DNA from: Ramazzottius varieornatus
Taxonomy: Eukaryota; Animalia; Tardigrada
Direction: 5' to 3'
Assembly: GCA_001949185.1 (NCBI GenBank)
Contig: BDGG01000003.1
Location: 1,400,725 to 1,464,724, forward strand
DNA length: 64,000 nucleotides
The notes under the pieces are model-generated. The model searched no databases. It was given only the letters and a program-made list of their open reading frames with translations, and had not been told where the DNA came from. Of the stretch, positions 26,226 to 39,058 are shown piece by piece (the stretch's first letter is position 1; every line of letters starts with the position of its first letter). The translations under genes and the position numbers were made by a program.

Positions 26226-28985
26226 TGTTATGTTGTCCGTACCTTGCTTGTAAACGATGGTTCGACAGCCGATTGTAGCCACCTTTTCCATCCAGACAGG
26301 ACACTCAAGTATAAACCTGTTTACCAGAGTGGGATTGGTGGACCCACAGTCTGAGTTGTTCTTGATGAACTCGGGCCACGTCGTCTGGCTTTTGTCATAT
26401 TCAGTATCACATTGCGGACAGTTTTTGGCTGCAAAAATATGTCACCGGTATTATTTGGCGGTATATTTTTCAATAGTACACAGGTGATAATGGGTTCAAG
26501 AAGATGCCAGTCTTTGATAAAGCGGAACTGCGGAGAGCCCATCAGGACCTAAAGCTGGAGGTAAATTCTTGCAGATCGGCATTGTCAGCTATGCTTGGGG
26601 TCAGCGTGAACATGCTTACCGGCAAACACCTGACCCAGAGTCAAGATGGCAGCCATCAGGAGGCACACCGTCGAAAAATTCTAAGTGAAACTGTCCATCT
26701 TCGCGAATGTCAGTGAAGAGTGAACCCGAGTAACACAGGGAGTGAACTGTGAGCGGGGAGTAAGCCGTGGGATTATACAAAAAACAAAGTTGGCGCTAAT
26801 TCAGATGGCTTCATGGAAACTGATGGAAATCACCCACCACACGTGAGAATTCATTCTGAAAAAAACATGTATACGAATAAAACATCGCCAACATTTTATA
26901 CTATCTTTTCAGTTGCTTGGAGAGTGGCAAGCTTCCATCAGAGTTTCCCTCTACTGTACTGTTAATTCCCTGGATAGTTATACGAAGACGTCATCACCCC
27001 AGCAAAAACACCCGCACTGATGTTACTGATTGTTTGATTGTCACCTATCTTTGCACCTGATTGGCGGGTAAGTTTTGATTGAAGGCATAAATGTTGTCTT
27101 TGCCCGGCCGGGTGATATTTACCACGACAGTCATGTGACTCGCAGAACTATCGAGGGAATACAGTACAAACAGGCGTTTTGTCTGATGGCGGAAACTGAG
27201 CAGGGCGGCGCAAAAGGTACAGCAACGACTGGCGTACAACAACGCTGCGGCTGGAGGTTTTCCACTCTGCCCAGTGCTCCTGGGTCAGTAGCACCGCTTC
27301 CGCGACGGCTGTACCGTTCCCGTCATCACCAGCAACATAGCCTGGAGCACTATGACCGCTTCCACCGCTATCAGCACCACTTCCCGACTCGCTGCTGGGT
27401 GCACCAGTTGGTGAGTTCCACGCACTTTTCGGGATAGCATTGTCAATTGACGGATTGCAGGAATCGCCGACGCGCGGGGGGGGGGGGATATGTGCTGCGA
27501 CGATCGAAGAATCTTTCAGACCAGAATTATCGTCAAGATAACAGCTGGCTTCTCTTTCGCCAGTGCGGACCGGTCTACCAAAATGGTATTCCCGTTCATG
27601 GTCGTGTAGTCCGCGCAATGTCTAAAAACCTCGCCTGGGAAAGTGGTGGCGTTATGTTATTTGCCGGGCCTGAAGTGGCGGGTTTTCGTATTGGAAGTCT
27701 ATGGGTCTGATTTCACCTTGAATTTCAATTGATATGTGAGTTTCGGGCTTTAGGCGGCCTAATTTTTGTGTCCAAAGACCCCTTTTTTGGACATGAAGTC
27801 CGGGAGAACATCAAGGGGCAGGGTACGGCAAGTTTGCCGCTCACCTCGCCGTGGTTCAAAGTCTCAAAATATTGTTCACCCTCTGGGAGGATTTTCGGGA
27901 ATTCTTGAAGGTGATTCTGCCAAGATTGACTCCTTACAATGACATGGAAGTTGCTGGATGTTGATCTGGAGAACGTACATCAGGAAACGGATCGTACTGG
28001 GGGTTCGCGGTGGAATAATCGTATAGTTCGTTTTCACCGTTGTTGCACCGTGGCACCCTTGTCTTTCATAACAAGATACCTCGGAACAACCCCTTACAAA
28101 AGTTGATACATCTCCTCCACCAATGGTCAAAAAGCAGATCTATTATCACAGATCCGTGTTCCTCGGTGTCTGCTCCACGTTACCTTATCAGCAGCTACAC
28201 ATAAAGCCCCTGCGGTGCCAAAACTTCAAAGCTGTTTCTTGAACAATCGTAATTAGCCAATATTCCGGAAACTGGGCTGCTGAAACCCATTTTGTAGTCC
28301 CATATGCGAGTGTAGTGATACCGGTAAAGTTGTCATTACTCTTACAGGGTAACTTGAATCTGTTGGTCACCCTCGGGTCGGTCGAAGTACAGTATAAAGT
28401 CCGGAATTGTCATTGTTGAAGGCTGGCCACGCGGCCGACGCCGCGACTGTAGTAGGCACATCTGTAGTGTTGTATCTTATAGCAAGCAGCGCCGAAGGAG
28501 CCCTAACTTTTCTTTATTTAGTATTACAGAACTGGACTACAGTCTCCGCGGTATTGAATTTTTTTAGACGACGAAACAGCAACAGTTGTTCACGACTCCT
28601 CCACATGGCAATGACACTTACAAATGGAAAGGCTGAGCGTACGCCACCGTTCGTTTAATTTTGAGGTTTGTATGATATTTCTGTGTAAAAGTGACAGTCG
28701 TAAATGCGAGATAACAAAGTACAATCCCTGACAGAAATCCAGGCAAGTCTTTCGGATACTCCAAAACGTCAAGTGCACAACCAGGCTAGATCAGAAGACT
28801 GGGATCTCTGGGCAGGAAGCGATAGCCCAGGTCTCGCAGCACGGATCTCTAGCTTTCCTGCAAACAAAAACCTCAATGTCTTTCACAAGGAAATATGCCA
28901 GTAGTCTTGACCAACGTTGCCGACTTCTCGATTTGACAGGCAAAATCTTCATGGATTTATATTCGAACAACTCCGCTATGTTTCA

Positions 28986-30242
28986 TCAAGAAATTATCGT
29001 AAGAATGATTGTTGCCACTAACATGGAAATGCAGTAGTGCGACCAGGGAAGTCCAGCTTTAGGCACACACTGGCACTTGTTAGCCACGTCCTTCTGACCA
29101 CAACTTTTGCTGGGACATACCTGGCTGGCCTTCTCTCGAGCTATCTTCCAGGCTCGCTGGTCAGCCACTTCGCGTTTGCGTCTGCCACCACCAGTCGGAG
29201 GAGTCGTCTGGTCAGCTGGAGAGGCTGGGGCGGGAGCTGGTGGCGCAGGGGCTGGTGGCGCAGGGGCTGGTGGCGCAGGGGCTGGTGGCGCTGGAGCTGG
29301 TGGTGCAGGAGCTGGTGACGTAGGGGCTGGTGGCGCAGGGGCTAGGGGCGCAGGAGTCGGTGCGGCCGTGAACTTTCTCCACCACTGAGGATAAGGGTCG
29401 ACCCAGGTGGGATCCTCTTCGTTGTGGCCATATCTGAAGCCGCCAAAGGTGTCCACCCAGTTAGGATCTTCGCGGTTGTCACCATAATAAGCGTTGCCGT
29501 CGCGGAAGTAATCCACCCAGTTAGGATCGTCGGTGTTGTTGCCGTACCAAGGTCCCTGGCCGTAATCCACCCAGTTGGGGTTGTCAGTGTTGTTTCCATA
29601 GATCCACTGGGCATCCCCCATGACTCTGGCCCAGTACCCGGGATAAGGCTCCTTGCCGGCACCACTAGCACCGCTCCACAGTCTTCCCAACGGGTGGCGC
29701 TTCTTGAACTCTTCGTAGGACATTGGACGGCCCCTGTGGTTTCTCTGCTCGGCGGACGCGACTGACTTAGGTTTGTGGTTCTTTTGCTCAGCAGCTTCCA
29801 TCGGCATGTGCTTGGGCAAGATATGCGAATGTTGAGGCATCATTTCCCGCATGGCCGGTAAGTCGTGAGCACGCTGGTTCTGCATGTTGGGATGGTCCTC
29901 CGGTGCTGCTGCGCGCTTGTAGCGGCGGTTGCTAGCCAGCGGAGCGGCGTTCATCATGCGCTGGCGGGCGGACAGCATCGCCGCTTGTGCCTCTTGACCG
30001 CGGGCTAGTTGGCGTCGGCTGAGTGGACGATATTGGGGTTGCTGGAAGTAACCCTGGCTACGCTGGTAAGCCACGGCCATCTGACGGCGCCGGGCATAAT
30101 CGTCGTCGTCGTCGCTAACGCCGAAATCGTCACCGTCATCCTCGTAGTAGGCTCGTTTCTCCCTTCTTTCGAGCTGATGGGAAAAATCGATTATATTTAA
30201 GAGTACTACCGCCAATGTGATAAATTTCAGTAAGGAATACAT
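28986..30242 (-). CDS. Orphan secreted precursor, 418 aa, with furin sites, 4 YGxNxxxPxWVD repeats and an (APPAP)n stalk
   Basis: MYSLLKFITLAVVLLNIIDFS signal peptide; REKR, RYKR and RRKR sites; long uninterrupted ORF; Cys-rich then hydrophobic C-terminus, which may instead be spliced at CAG|GTATGT near 29120. Confidence 0.8.
   Translation of the reverse strand: MYSLLKFITLAVVLLNIIDFSHQLERREKRAYYEDDGDDFGVSDDDDDYARRRQMAVAYQRSQGYFQQPQYRPLSRRQLARGQEAQAAMLSARQRMMNAAPLASNRRYKRAAAPEDHPNMQNQRAHDLPAMREMMPQHSHILPKHMPMEAAEQKNHKPKSVASAEQRNHRGRPMSYEEFKKRHPLGRLWSGASGAGKEPYPGYWARVMGDAQWIYGNNTDNPNWVDYGQGPWYGNNTDDPNWVDYFRDGNAYYGDNREDPNWVDTFGGFRYGHNEEDPTWVDPYPQWWRKFTAAPTPAPLAPAPPAPTSPAPAPPAPAPPAPAPPAPAPPAPAPPAPAPASPADQTTPPTGGGRRKREVADQRAWKIAREKASQVCPSKSCGQKDVANKCQCVPKAGLPWSHYCISMLVATIILTIIS
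29222..29355. repeat. Coding 15-bp minisatellite (ggggctggtggcgca)n encoding APPAP
   Basis: Tandem unit visible directly in the sequence. Confidence 0.9.
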
Positions 30243-30737
30243 GGCCGCACGCAGCCGAGAAATCAGGCAACTAAGCTTTGGGCTACTAAACTTTCCCTCG
30301 GCAACTACGTCCGTTGCCGTAGTCACGCTGCCACCACAAATGTTCACCTTTCCGGGCCATTCAATTTCCTTCCCAAGGACAGACTCTTTCGGCAGGCACT
30401 GCAGCTAAATACCCACCCTCTGCTACCACGAAGCTTCCTGGCCAAAAGCCACCTCACGGCTTGCCAAAGCAACACCTTGTTACGAACGAGGATGTCAGAG
30501 TCCTCGCACGAAATTTTATCGAATCTCTCGTACCTACGCACTTACACGCAGGAAAGATCTGGATCTCGCATGTACATCGATCTTTATTTTCGCAGATTTT
30601 CTTAGTACTTGTACTCTCCAATATAGTTACAGATTTTGAACGAAGAAAACCGCGCCTGTGTGGTAAAAATCCATGAGAGATTTGGTATCAGCCGTCGTTT
30701 GGTGTCGTTCCGGTGATTCCAAACTTTGACGGAAGAC

Positions 30738-30929
30738 TTATCGTCCATATTTCATGGCGAAGACCGAGTTGTCTCCCTGGTGGTTCATGGCAGGTTTGTG
30801 CTGTCCGCCGACGGCTCTCTGGCGATGCTTGGGAAGGGCTCGCTCCCGATGGACTCTTTGTGCAAACGAGCCGGCAAAAACGCTGAACAACAATACTACC
30901 ATCGAAAATAGCTTCAGTATGGAATACAT
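30738..30929 (-). CDS. Small secreted peptide precursor, 63 aa, ending in ...FAMKY-G-R
   Basis: MYSILKLFSMVVLLFSVFAGSFA signal peptide; begins like the downstream MYSLLKF gene and shares LPKH with it; C-terminal Gly-Arg-stop. Confidence 0.6.
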   Translation of the reverse strand: MYSILKLFSMVVLLFSVFAGSFAQRVHRERALPKHRQRAVGGQHKPAMNHQGDNSVFAMKYGR

Positions 30930-31192
30930 TGTGAGGGTGCTGCGAGAATACACTGCGACAAGAAACTTCGACCTTTCGAAATTTTGTACTCGAAAATACT
31001 CCAAATTGTCCTTTCGTCGTCCTTCACACCTGTTACCGTTGCTACCTTGCCGAACTACCCTCCAACACGCTTCACCCATATTTACTTGACCCAGAATATT
31101 CCACTGTCTTTCAGTTCGATGAACAGAAACATGAGCAGTGAACAAAGACCGAATCAGAAACACTGAACTGTTATGTTCGAATTCATTGTAAC

Positions 31193-33992
31193 TCATTTCT
31201 TCCCCTTCCACGGTTTCTTTATCTTAGTCCCGATGCCTCTACTCGACCGGTGAACACTCTTCCTTTCCATCGCATGTTTCGCCGAGGCTTCCCTCCCTCT
31301 TTCATACCCTTTCGACTGTAGCGAGAACGTCATCTGTCGATTCCCACCGGCCAGCTGCACTTCTTCCGCACCTCCTCTCTGCTTCTCCTCCTCGTCCAAC
31401 CTCGCTCCCAACGGCTTGACGTTGGCTTTATTCACCCCTCTTCCACTGATCAACGGAACTGTTCCTGTTTCCACTTCGGTCACTTTTCCTCTTCTGTTAG
31501 GGTCCACCATGAGCAACTTTCTGGCCCTCCTTGTCTGTCTCTCCATGTACTCTTCGTCCCGGATGGTCCGATGGACTTTCCGTCTTTCCGCTACCCACTC
31601 ACGGTCATCGTCGGACGAGTCACTGGATCCTTCTTGCTCTCCACGTCGTCCATTCTCTTCCAAATCCGGAAGTTCCGTTGGTTCTTCCTTCTCACCTTTT
31701 TCAACGTCTTCTTCCTCAGCGTGACTCTCTTTGGCTTTGCGACGCTTCTCGATCTTGGATACCAGTGGGTTGATGAGACGATATTCTTCGGTCGTGGGGT
31801 CGATCTCGAACGCCGGGTTCTTGAAGAGGTCGCCGAAACGTGCATCTTCCAGAGGGTTGCCATCCACCATCCTTGCTTTCTTCTTGGCTTTGCCGTCCAT
31901 GTTTGTGGAAGCTTCTAGGAACTTTTTGGCCAAGGCTGTGTTGACTTTGGGGAGCTTGTCAACCTTGACGCGGCTTTCGCTTTGCTCGGCTTGAAGTTTC
32001 TCTTTGATCTTATGTGACCTGTCAACCAAACGAAAGAAAAGATGAAAAATCGTTACAAACCCATATCTCCCTTCATCCGAAACTTTCTGCGAAGGCTGGT
32101 GACGGATTATTCATAACCAAGACCTCAGCCGACAAACTCGACAAATCGATTTCCGGCATGGCGCACGTTCATAGGTAATAACACTGATCGAGTGCGCCAC
32201 ATGGGGAAACAACCAGACTAAAGAAGATTATTTCTCTAAGTTGCGCACGTCTGCAATAATGTTGATCAAGAGCGTGCGCCACTTGAGAAAACAATCTCGA
32301 CGGGTTTGTTTGCCGAGCTCCCAATCTCTAAAAGCTTTCTAAACGAAAAGGGAAATTAAGATAAGAAATCAAACCTGTAGTCTTCGTAGTTGAAAGGCTC
32401 AACGATCGATTTGGCCTTCTTGTACAGCCGTGCATCCACGAAGAACCCATGCATATACGCTCTGAGTAAGTTCGTGCCGATCAGGTCTGACAAACCCAGC
32501 TTGTCCAACTCATCTGCCGTCAGGAACTTGTAGTCATCGTAGATCGCGCTTTCCGCTGTTTCCTCCAGTTCTTCCGTCAGGCTATCCAAGAAAGCGCACC
32601 ACTTCGGTGCTGGACCCAAACTTGGTACGAAATACGACAGGATCTTCGGAGCTTCATTTGCCATGAAGATCAAACCTGAAATTGAAACTCAAGTTAAATT
32701 CCGAAATTACTGTATTCCCTCGATGGTTCTGCGCAGGACATGTCCGCGAATATTTTTACGGGCATGTCACCTGATTGTGCAGAACCATCGAAGGAGTACA
32801 GTTGTCTGAAGTCTTAAATTGTACAGACCTGAATCTGGCACGATGCAAAGATCGTTCAGGTCAGTTCCCGGTTCAATCGACGTGACTGGTTTGCCAGTTT
32901 CACGTTCCCACAGCTTGAGGATCTTTGAGTCCATACTGGCGATGAGATCGCCTTCAAGGATGAACTCGATGGCTTTGATGGGTAGGCTGTAGTTGTGATC
33001 TTTGATGTAGTACGGTTTCGGACTGCGAATGTCGTAGAGGAGAATGTGTCCTGTACTGGTACCCACAGCGAGATTGAGCGCGTCACGAAACTTGAGTTTG
33101 GTTACGGAGAGACCCGAGCCGTTGGAAATAAGGTCCGGAATATCGCAGCTGATGACGCCTTCGGACTTTCCCGAACGAGGATCCCACGCTTCGACGTATC
33201 CGTTGGAACTCCCCGTCATCAGAAGCTGGTGGAGTGGATTGATGTCGCAAGAGTTAATTTCGGTGGCGAAGGACGACTGTAAACTCTCCATGAATTTTCC
33301 TGAAGAGCAGAAGAATTAACCGGAAGTGCCCTACAAGGTTGTGCCACAGCTATCGATCACATCGTGAACAAGGCCGTGCCGACAATTTTGAGATTCTAAA
33401 ACAAAATCTCCGCTTCATCTCGCACTAACCGGAGTTATTCTGAAAGGCGAACACAAATGAGGGCTTCAAACTTTTGATAAGAGGAAAGTACAGTACCTTC
33501 TTCGAGGTTGAGCCGGTAGACTTCATTCGAGGCGCCGACGAGGTTCAAATGGCACAACTCTGGCTGATACACCATATCCCGTCCGAATCTTGGTATTCTT
33601 ATCCTGTAATACTTCCCGTACTGTGCGTGGAACTCGACGTATCGATCATTTTGTAGGCAGATCATCTTGGAGTAGTCTTCTGAAAGGATCAGGAACCTGA
33701 CGATCTCGGAGTCTGTGCATCGTTCGAACTTCATGGACATTTCCGCCGTGTCATAACAGCGCATGCGAGGCTTGTAGGCACCGGAAGCCATGACATACTG
33801 TCCATCAGGAGAGACCTTGATGCCTTGGCTAACTTCTGGCATCTCGAAGTCCTGAATTAGCTGGATCCTCCGTCGAAGGTTGACATCGGCTCGTTCCATC
33901 TGGCGTCGCTTCCGCTCGGATATCCAGGCAGGTTGCGACCTGCCCGCGCTGAGATTGTAGATCTTGACATCGTTCGACGTGTTGACCTGCAT
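31193..33992 (-). CDS. NOL10: Nucleolar protein 10; 4 exons
   Basis: [72 protein letters not shown] and the NUC153 motif [16 protein letters not shown]. Confidence 0.96.
32158..32282. repeat. Intronic palindrome copies 6 and 7 (tandem pair)
   Basis: Units at 32158-32200 and 32240-32282, both with 27-nt spacers, in the NOL10 intron at about 32020-32375. Confidence 0.9.
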
Positions 33993-34492
33993 CGTGGCGC
34001 TGTTCTTGCTTCAGTGAGCTAGTCTCCCCAGTTCAGCCTGAAAAGAAGCGCCCAGATCTTCTTCGGCAAAACGGAGAGAAAAAGTTCAGGAGATCGCGGA
34101 GTCAAGACGAAGTTGAATCGTTCTGCCGACGAATACAATCAATAAATTACCCGCCTCCCAATCAATGCGAGCATTCTATGCCTCAACACCCCAACGGCGC
34201 AAGGCGGAGCCAAGTAACCAACAAGGGCCACCCTTTTCCAGCCCTCCGCAATGAGGGACTCAAGAGCCAAAATCTCAAACCGGAACCGGAAGGGGAGTCG
34301 GCTGGATCTGCGAACCTTTATTCTAGTCCTGCATCTTCGTAACTGCTCAAGCAAGCACGAAAGCCCTGGGTCAGGTTTCCATACTTCTTATGGCACCGGC
34401 AAAGAGAAAAAGAGCGAATAAAACAGGCTACAAAGGCCTCAGAGTTGGCAAACGAGGAAGTAAAATATTCAAAACGGTCAGAAATGAGAAAC

Positions 34493-35619
34493 TCAGTGAC
34501 TTTCGTATTTCCTACCAGCATAAAGCTCATAAGCAAACTCTTCTCTGTGATTTGCGTCCCACTCAACAGCTATGTAATCAATTTCCAACTGAAAAGGACC
34601 GTCAATTTGATCCGCACATGTTATACTAACGGTGTCTATCCTCCAGAGTTCTATGGGGTCCTGCAGGTCTTGTATCCGGCCCTTATGCGAGAAGAAGAAT
34701 TTGGAAAAGGGTACCTATAACAAAAGAACACATCTCTCGATAATCCTCATGAGTTCGTCTTGCTGTTCAAGCAAAAACATGAATTACCCGTTCATACTGC
34801 CAGTAAGGACCTCCTCGAGTGTACAGCGGATACTGGTACAGATCATTCCAATAAACATCGAAATGTCCCTTGGTCTGCAAATTTATCATGTAACTCCTTC
34901 CATCGCCTCGGACTTTAAATATCATGTGGGTGAAGTTTGTGAAATTGTACAAGTCGTCTCTATTGAAGGATTTCTGCAGCCGAAAAAAATTTCATCGTCA
35001 ATTTATTCTACAAAACCAGCGCGTGAGGTCACGAACCACACGGATATCTGGTAAAGGCTGGTGTAAAATGTACAGCAAATGTGACGTTATGACGTACCAT
35101 TTTATAAGGTGCGCGTAAATTGCAGTATCCAGCTGCTTTCGTGTATCCATCCTCAATTAACCTCGTATCCAAGTTTCCTGTCCACATTCCCGTGGCTCGA
35201 TCCGTAACATGAAAGTGTCCTCTACTTTTTCCGTGACCATAATCTGAATCAGCAGTGACCATCCACTGCTCATTCTTCTCCGGATCAGACCGGAAGTCAA
35301 AGATCATTTTCACATCGCCGTGCTGTAGATATTCGAGGGGGTCCTGCCGTAATGTCTCTCGCACTTCTTGCCGAAACTTCTGAAACTCCCTCCTGTAGTA
35401 GTTGTATTTCTTCCTGACGTTGGCCATCGAGAAGGCTTCTTTCCATGGAAGATAATCAGGAGATCGATTCAGAGGTCTGTAGCCGCTCTTCTTGTCTGGC
35501 TCCCATAACGTGAGGCATCGAACAGGAGCTCCATGACTCAGGTGTGGTGGTGTACCGGGATCCTTCCTCCATGTTCGACCTGCAACAATAACAGCACGAT
35601 AAGGCCTCAGTAGCTGCAT
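34493..35619 (-). CDS. NDUFAF1: Complex I assembly factor CIA30; multi-exon
   Basis: WMVTADSDYGHGKS, GYCNLR, VRGDGRSYMINL, YQYPLYTRGGPYWQ, VPFSKFF, DGPFQLEIDYI and EEFAYELY. Confidence 0.93.
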
Positions 35620-36027
35620 TTTCCGTGAGAAGGTATTTCAGCGTTCAAAGCACTGTAAACTAGAGACTGGAAAAATTATTACCAGGAATAACGTTTGTAA
35701 CGGCAAAACACTGGTTGTGTCTGACTCATACGAGTACCGCAGACGTACAGCCGATTGCTGTGCGTCTACAGGCGCTTGTTTTAGGCTCAGTTTTTGACTG
35801 GCTGTTTCAATCGTGGCGTAGCAGCACGCCTGATGGCTGTGACGTAGAAGAGCTCGTAACAGATCGTTTGATCGCTCTGACTGATACATGCTCGCAATGT
35901 TTGGACTGGTCCCCGGAAGAGCTTTCCATCCTGCCGCAAACCGCCGACTCATACAGCAGTCTGGCAAGCTCAGTCGTGCGTTTCTCTCAGCGCAACTTCC
36001 CCAAATTGTTGGCCGTGTTGCCTGTGC

Positions 36028-36468
36028 TAGAGCACGGAATCTGGCCGCATGCGCTACACTGCACTGCAGCTATGCTGTGCTGCAGCACAGCTGCAGTACG
36101 GAAATCGACGAAATTTGTGCAGCACAGCATGCAGCAGGAAGCCGAAGACTGCCGCGCAGATCCACGGACCACAACTTAACAAAAATTGGTACTTTTGGGT
36201 ATTCGAGTTTCAGGCATCTGAGTTTTGGCGTACCGTATGTCCACGTTTTCCCGGTGGACTACCCATCTTGCCGACAATACTATAACAAAAGTCAGTACAT
36301 CAGCGTGCACTGCCGTGCAGCGCAGTTGCGACAGGTCCATTTGCATCTATAGCGCAGCTGCCTAGCCACTGCGCATGAAAGTTGTTCAGCAAAGCGCAGC
36401 GTACAGCGACCTGGTAGCGTGCGCAGCACAGTTGCTGCGTAATTTTGAACCTGCGGCCCAGTGCTCTA
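36028..36468. mobile_element. hAT MITE B
   Basis: Termini tagagcac / gtgctcta; perfect 8-bp TSD gcctgtgc; CTGCAG/GCGCAG subterminal repeats. Confidence 0.88.
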
Positions 36469-36480
36469 GCCTGTGCGCCG

Positions 36481-37621
36481 CAGTGTTGTTGCGATGCGAA
36501 TTTTGCAGTTCGAATTAAAATTACGATTAATCGAAATCCTTCGCGTAGCCGTAATTCGAATTGCCGGTAGTTCGTCGTTACTGAACTGACGATTACGATA
36601 AATCGCAATCCAGCTTTCGACAGCAATTCAAATTATTTGAATTATTAGGACGACATTAGGACGACAACTTGATGAATCAAGTCGTGGAAGCTTTCATCTT
36701 CAACTCCAGTAAGCATCATGGGTGGCGACCGCAGAACATTTCTTGTGGGCTGCCGTATGCTTCTGCAGATGATCTCTTTTATTTCCTGCAGAGCAGCCGG
36801 TAAGTTGTTTCGGGCAGCCTTCAGCCATGCACGTCGAATGGTCGCCCTGGTCATATTTGGAAAAAATTTCAAACCGGCGAGTCCTTCTTCCTTCCCCCTG
36901 CAGACTTCTTTAGATTTGGAACTCCAACGTTCGGAGTTCCAACAGAAATGCTCAGCTCACTGGCGGCAGATGGTAACGGTGGAGGAACGCAGTTTTCGGA
37001 GGATGTGGTCAAGTCCACGACGGATCTATGGGAGACATGCTCGTGGAAGGTTTCTTACCCAACTTCTGCGTGTCGGCCTTACGCTTTCCCTTGTTCTGAT
37101 TCTTCACTATGATTGAATGAAAACTTGGAACAACACAGATTAGCGGTGGATTCTGAACTTGTCACAAAATCACTCAGAAACTCTTCGGGTTCACTTCGGG
37201 CGATACTTTGCGAATTTATCTCCTCATCAAATTAACGATCAACGGTACGCAATCGTAAGCGGCAGACTGCGAGAACAAGACGTGCCAGCCTCTGAATGCG
37301 CTATAGTCCGGGGGCAAATTGGCGATGGGGGCTTGACGCTGTAGATTCAACCGGTGCATTTGCATTTGCAATCTCGCGGTAGTAATGCACAGTTCAAATC
37401 GACCGTAGTGTTGTATTCCGATTAAGATTACCTGAATTAAGCCCTTGTATGATTTGAATTACGAATTAAACACTCCGATGATTTTTCCTCTGAATTTGGA
37501 TTCCGATAAATATCCAAATACGTTGGCAAAAGGTTGTCAATTTGAACTGTTGTATCGTAATTCCAGAAAGGCCAAAATCAGTCATTTTCAATTTTGCATT
37601 ACAATAATCGGAACAACACTG
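36481..37621 (-). mobile_element. Internally deleted hAT element C with a BED-finger remnant
   Basis: TIRs cagtgttgttgcgat / atcggaacaacactg; perfect TSD gtgcgccg; minus-strand SPV*NFF/KYDQGDHSTCMAEGCPKQL...NKRDHLQKH at about 36750-36890. Confidence 0.88.
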
Positions 37622-37918
37622 GTGCGCCGTACTTGCTGGCACAGAAACGTACGCCATCGTATAACGCTGACTTGACACAACCGCAATAGAGGCAACGGCG
37701 GAACGAAAGGGACAGAAATGCTGTACGCCGATCGGCTATACTGTGCCGAAGACGTACAAATCCGACAACGCAGACATAGGACCACGTGCAACCCAGAAAC
37801 CACAAGCTTGACCAAGTGGCGGAGAAAAACTGAAAACGGTTGAGGCAAAATGCAGGGCTCCCTTACCGTGCGAGAACGTCACTTGGATCGACTAATGAAC
37901 AGCTTGCGAGCGAAAGCA

Positions 37919-38056
37919 CACTAGCACAATTCGCTGCGCACAGGAACATCTTGCCAACAAAAGAACAAGTTCGCCTCGTAGGCTCTGTATACAAAAGTCG
38001 CATAATGTTGACGTATGACGTCACGATGTTCTTGTGCGTCGCGAATTGTGCTAGTG
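37919..38056. mobile_element. 138-bp foldback/MITE with CACTAG termini
   Basis: 32-bp arms cactagcacaattcgctgcgcacaggaacatc / gatgttcttgtgcgtcgcgaattgtgctagtg. Confidence 0.75.
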
Positions 38057-38464
38057 CGTGGGCGCACACAATCTCTATAATGATGAAGCTTTTTCCAGAC
38101 TGTACTGTAGAGCCCTGCAACATGCAGCACGTTCTGCACTGCACTGCATTTTACTGCACTGCAGTATAGTTGCAGTCGCCGGAATGGTGAAAAAATGCGG
38201 TTCCAGTGCAGTTGCAGTTTGCACAGTCCATCGCGGTATACTGTTGTGGGCCAGAAAACAGTAGTAAAATCGGCTTTTTTTGAATTTTCTGTATTCTACC
38301 GTTTTTCGGTTGAATCTTCGTAAAACAACGACGTTTACGTTGTGTTTGACATGCATTTCTGTTGGCGGGCAGAAACTCTTAATTTTTACAAGCAGTGCCG
38401 TGCAGTTGCAGTTTCTCGAAACCAGATACAGTGTAGAAGCGGTACAGGTTTCAGCGTCTGCTGC

Positions 38465-39047
38465 TGGTGCTGACAAAAATTTTTGATACAATATCGGCGG
38501 ATATTTTATCGCGGTCTTCGACATTCATTTGATATCGATGTTTCGATACTATATTTTTCCTTCACCATATTTTCGATATATCGTATCATATCCCAGCGAT
38601 TTATCGATATTTCTGGAATTTTGGTTTTTCTGAATTCCACTGGTCCAAGCCCAAAAACTCAAGAAGCCGATTTCCACATAAAGTATGACAAAGACATGTT
38701 TACACCAAGATATCAGACACATGGCAACCTGGGAAGAATTAGTACCAGAACCGAATGGGTGGAGTGGGCTCGGTATACCATGGCCGAAATTAAGTTTTAG
38801 AATCAACCATGGTCTTCCATAAACGAGATATCTCTGGCGAATTTGCCATTCAGCAAAATATCGATATATTTTCGATATATCGAAAATATATCGATATGGC
38901 GCGATACGATATCGTCGAATATTTTATTCCATTATTCGATACGAGTTTCATATCGATATTTGCGATACGATATCTGCCGCATATTTCATCGCAAAGATTC
39001 GATATATTTCGATACGGTATCGGTATACCATATCGTTGCCAGCACTA
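38465..39047. mobile_element. hAT MITE E
   Basis: Termini tggtgctgacaa / ttgccagcacta; perfect TSD tctgctgc; ATATCGAT subterminal repeats. Confidence 0.88.
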
Positions 39048-39058
39048 TCTGCTGCAGG

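Noticed and set aside
26500-27710. Several overlapping ORFs of 70-156 aa
   Set aside because: No recognisable motif, consistent frame or splice structure.
29037-29388. Gly/Ala-rich and WWRRG-repeat ORFs resembling silk or antimicrobial peptides
   Set aside because: Antisense frames of the APPAP minisatellite.
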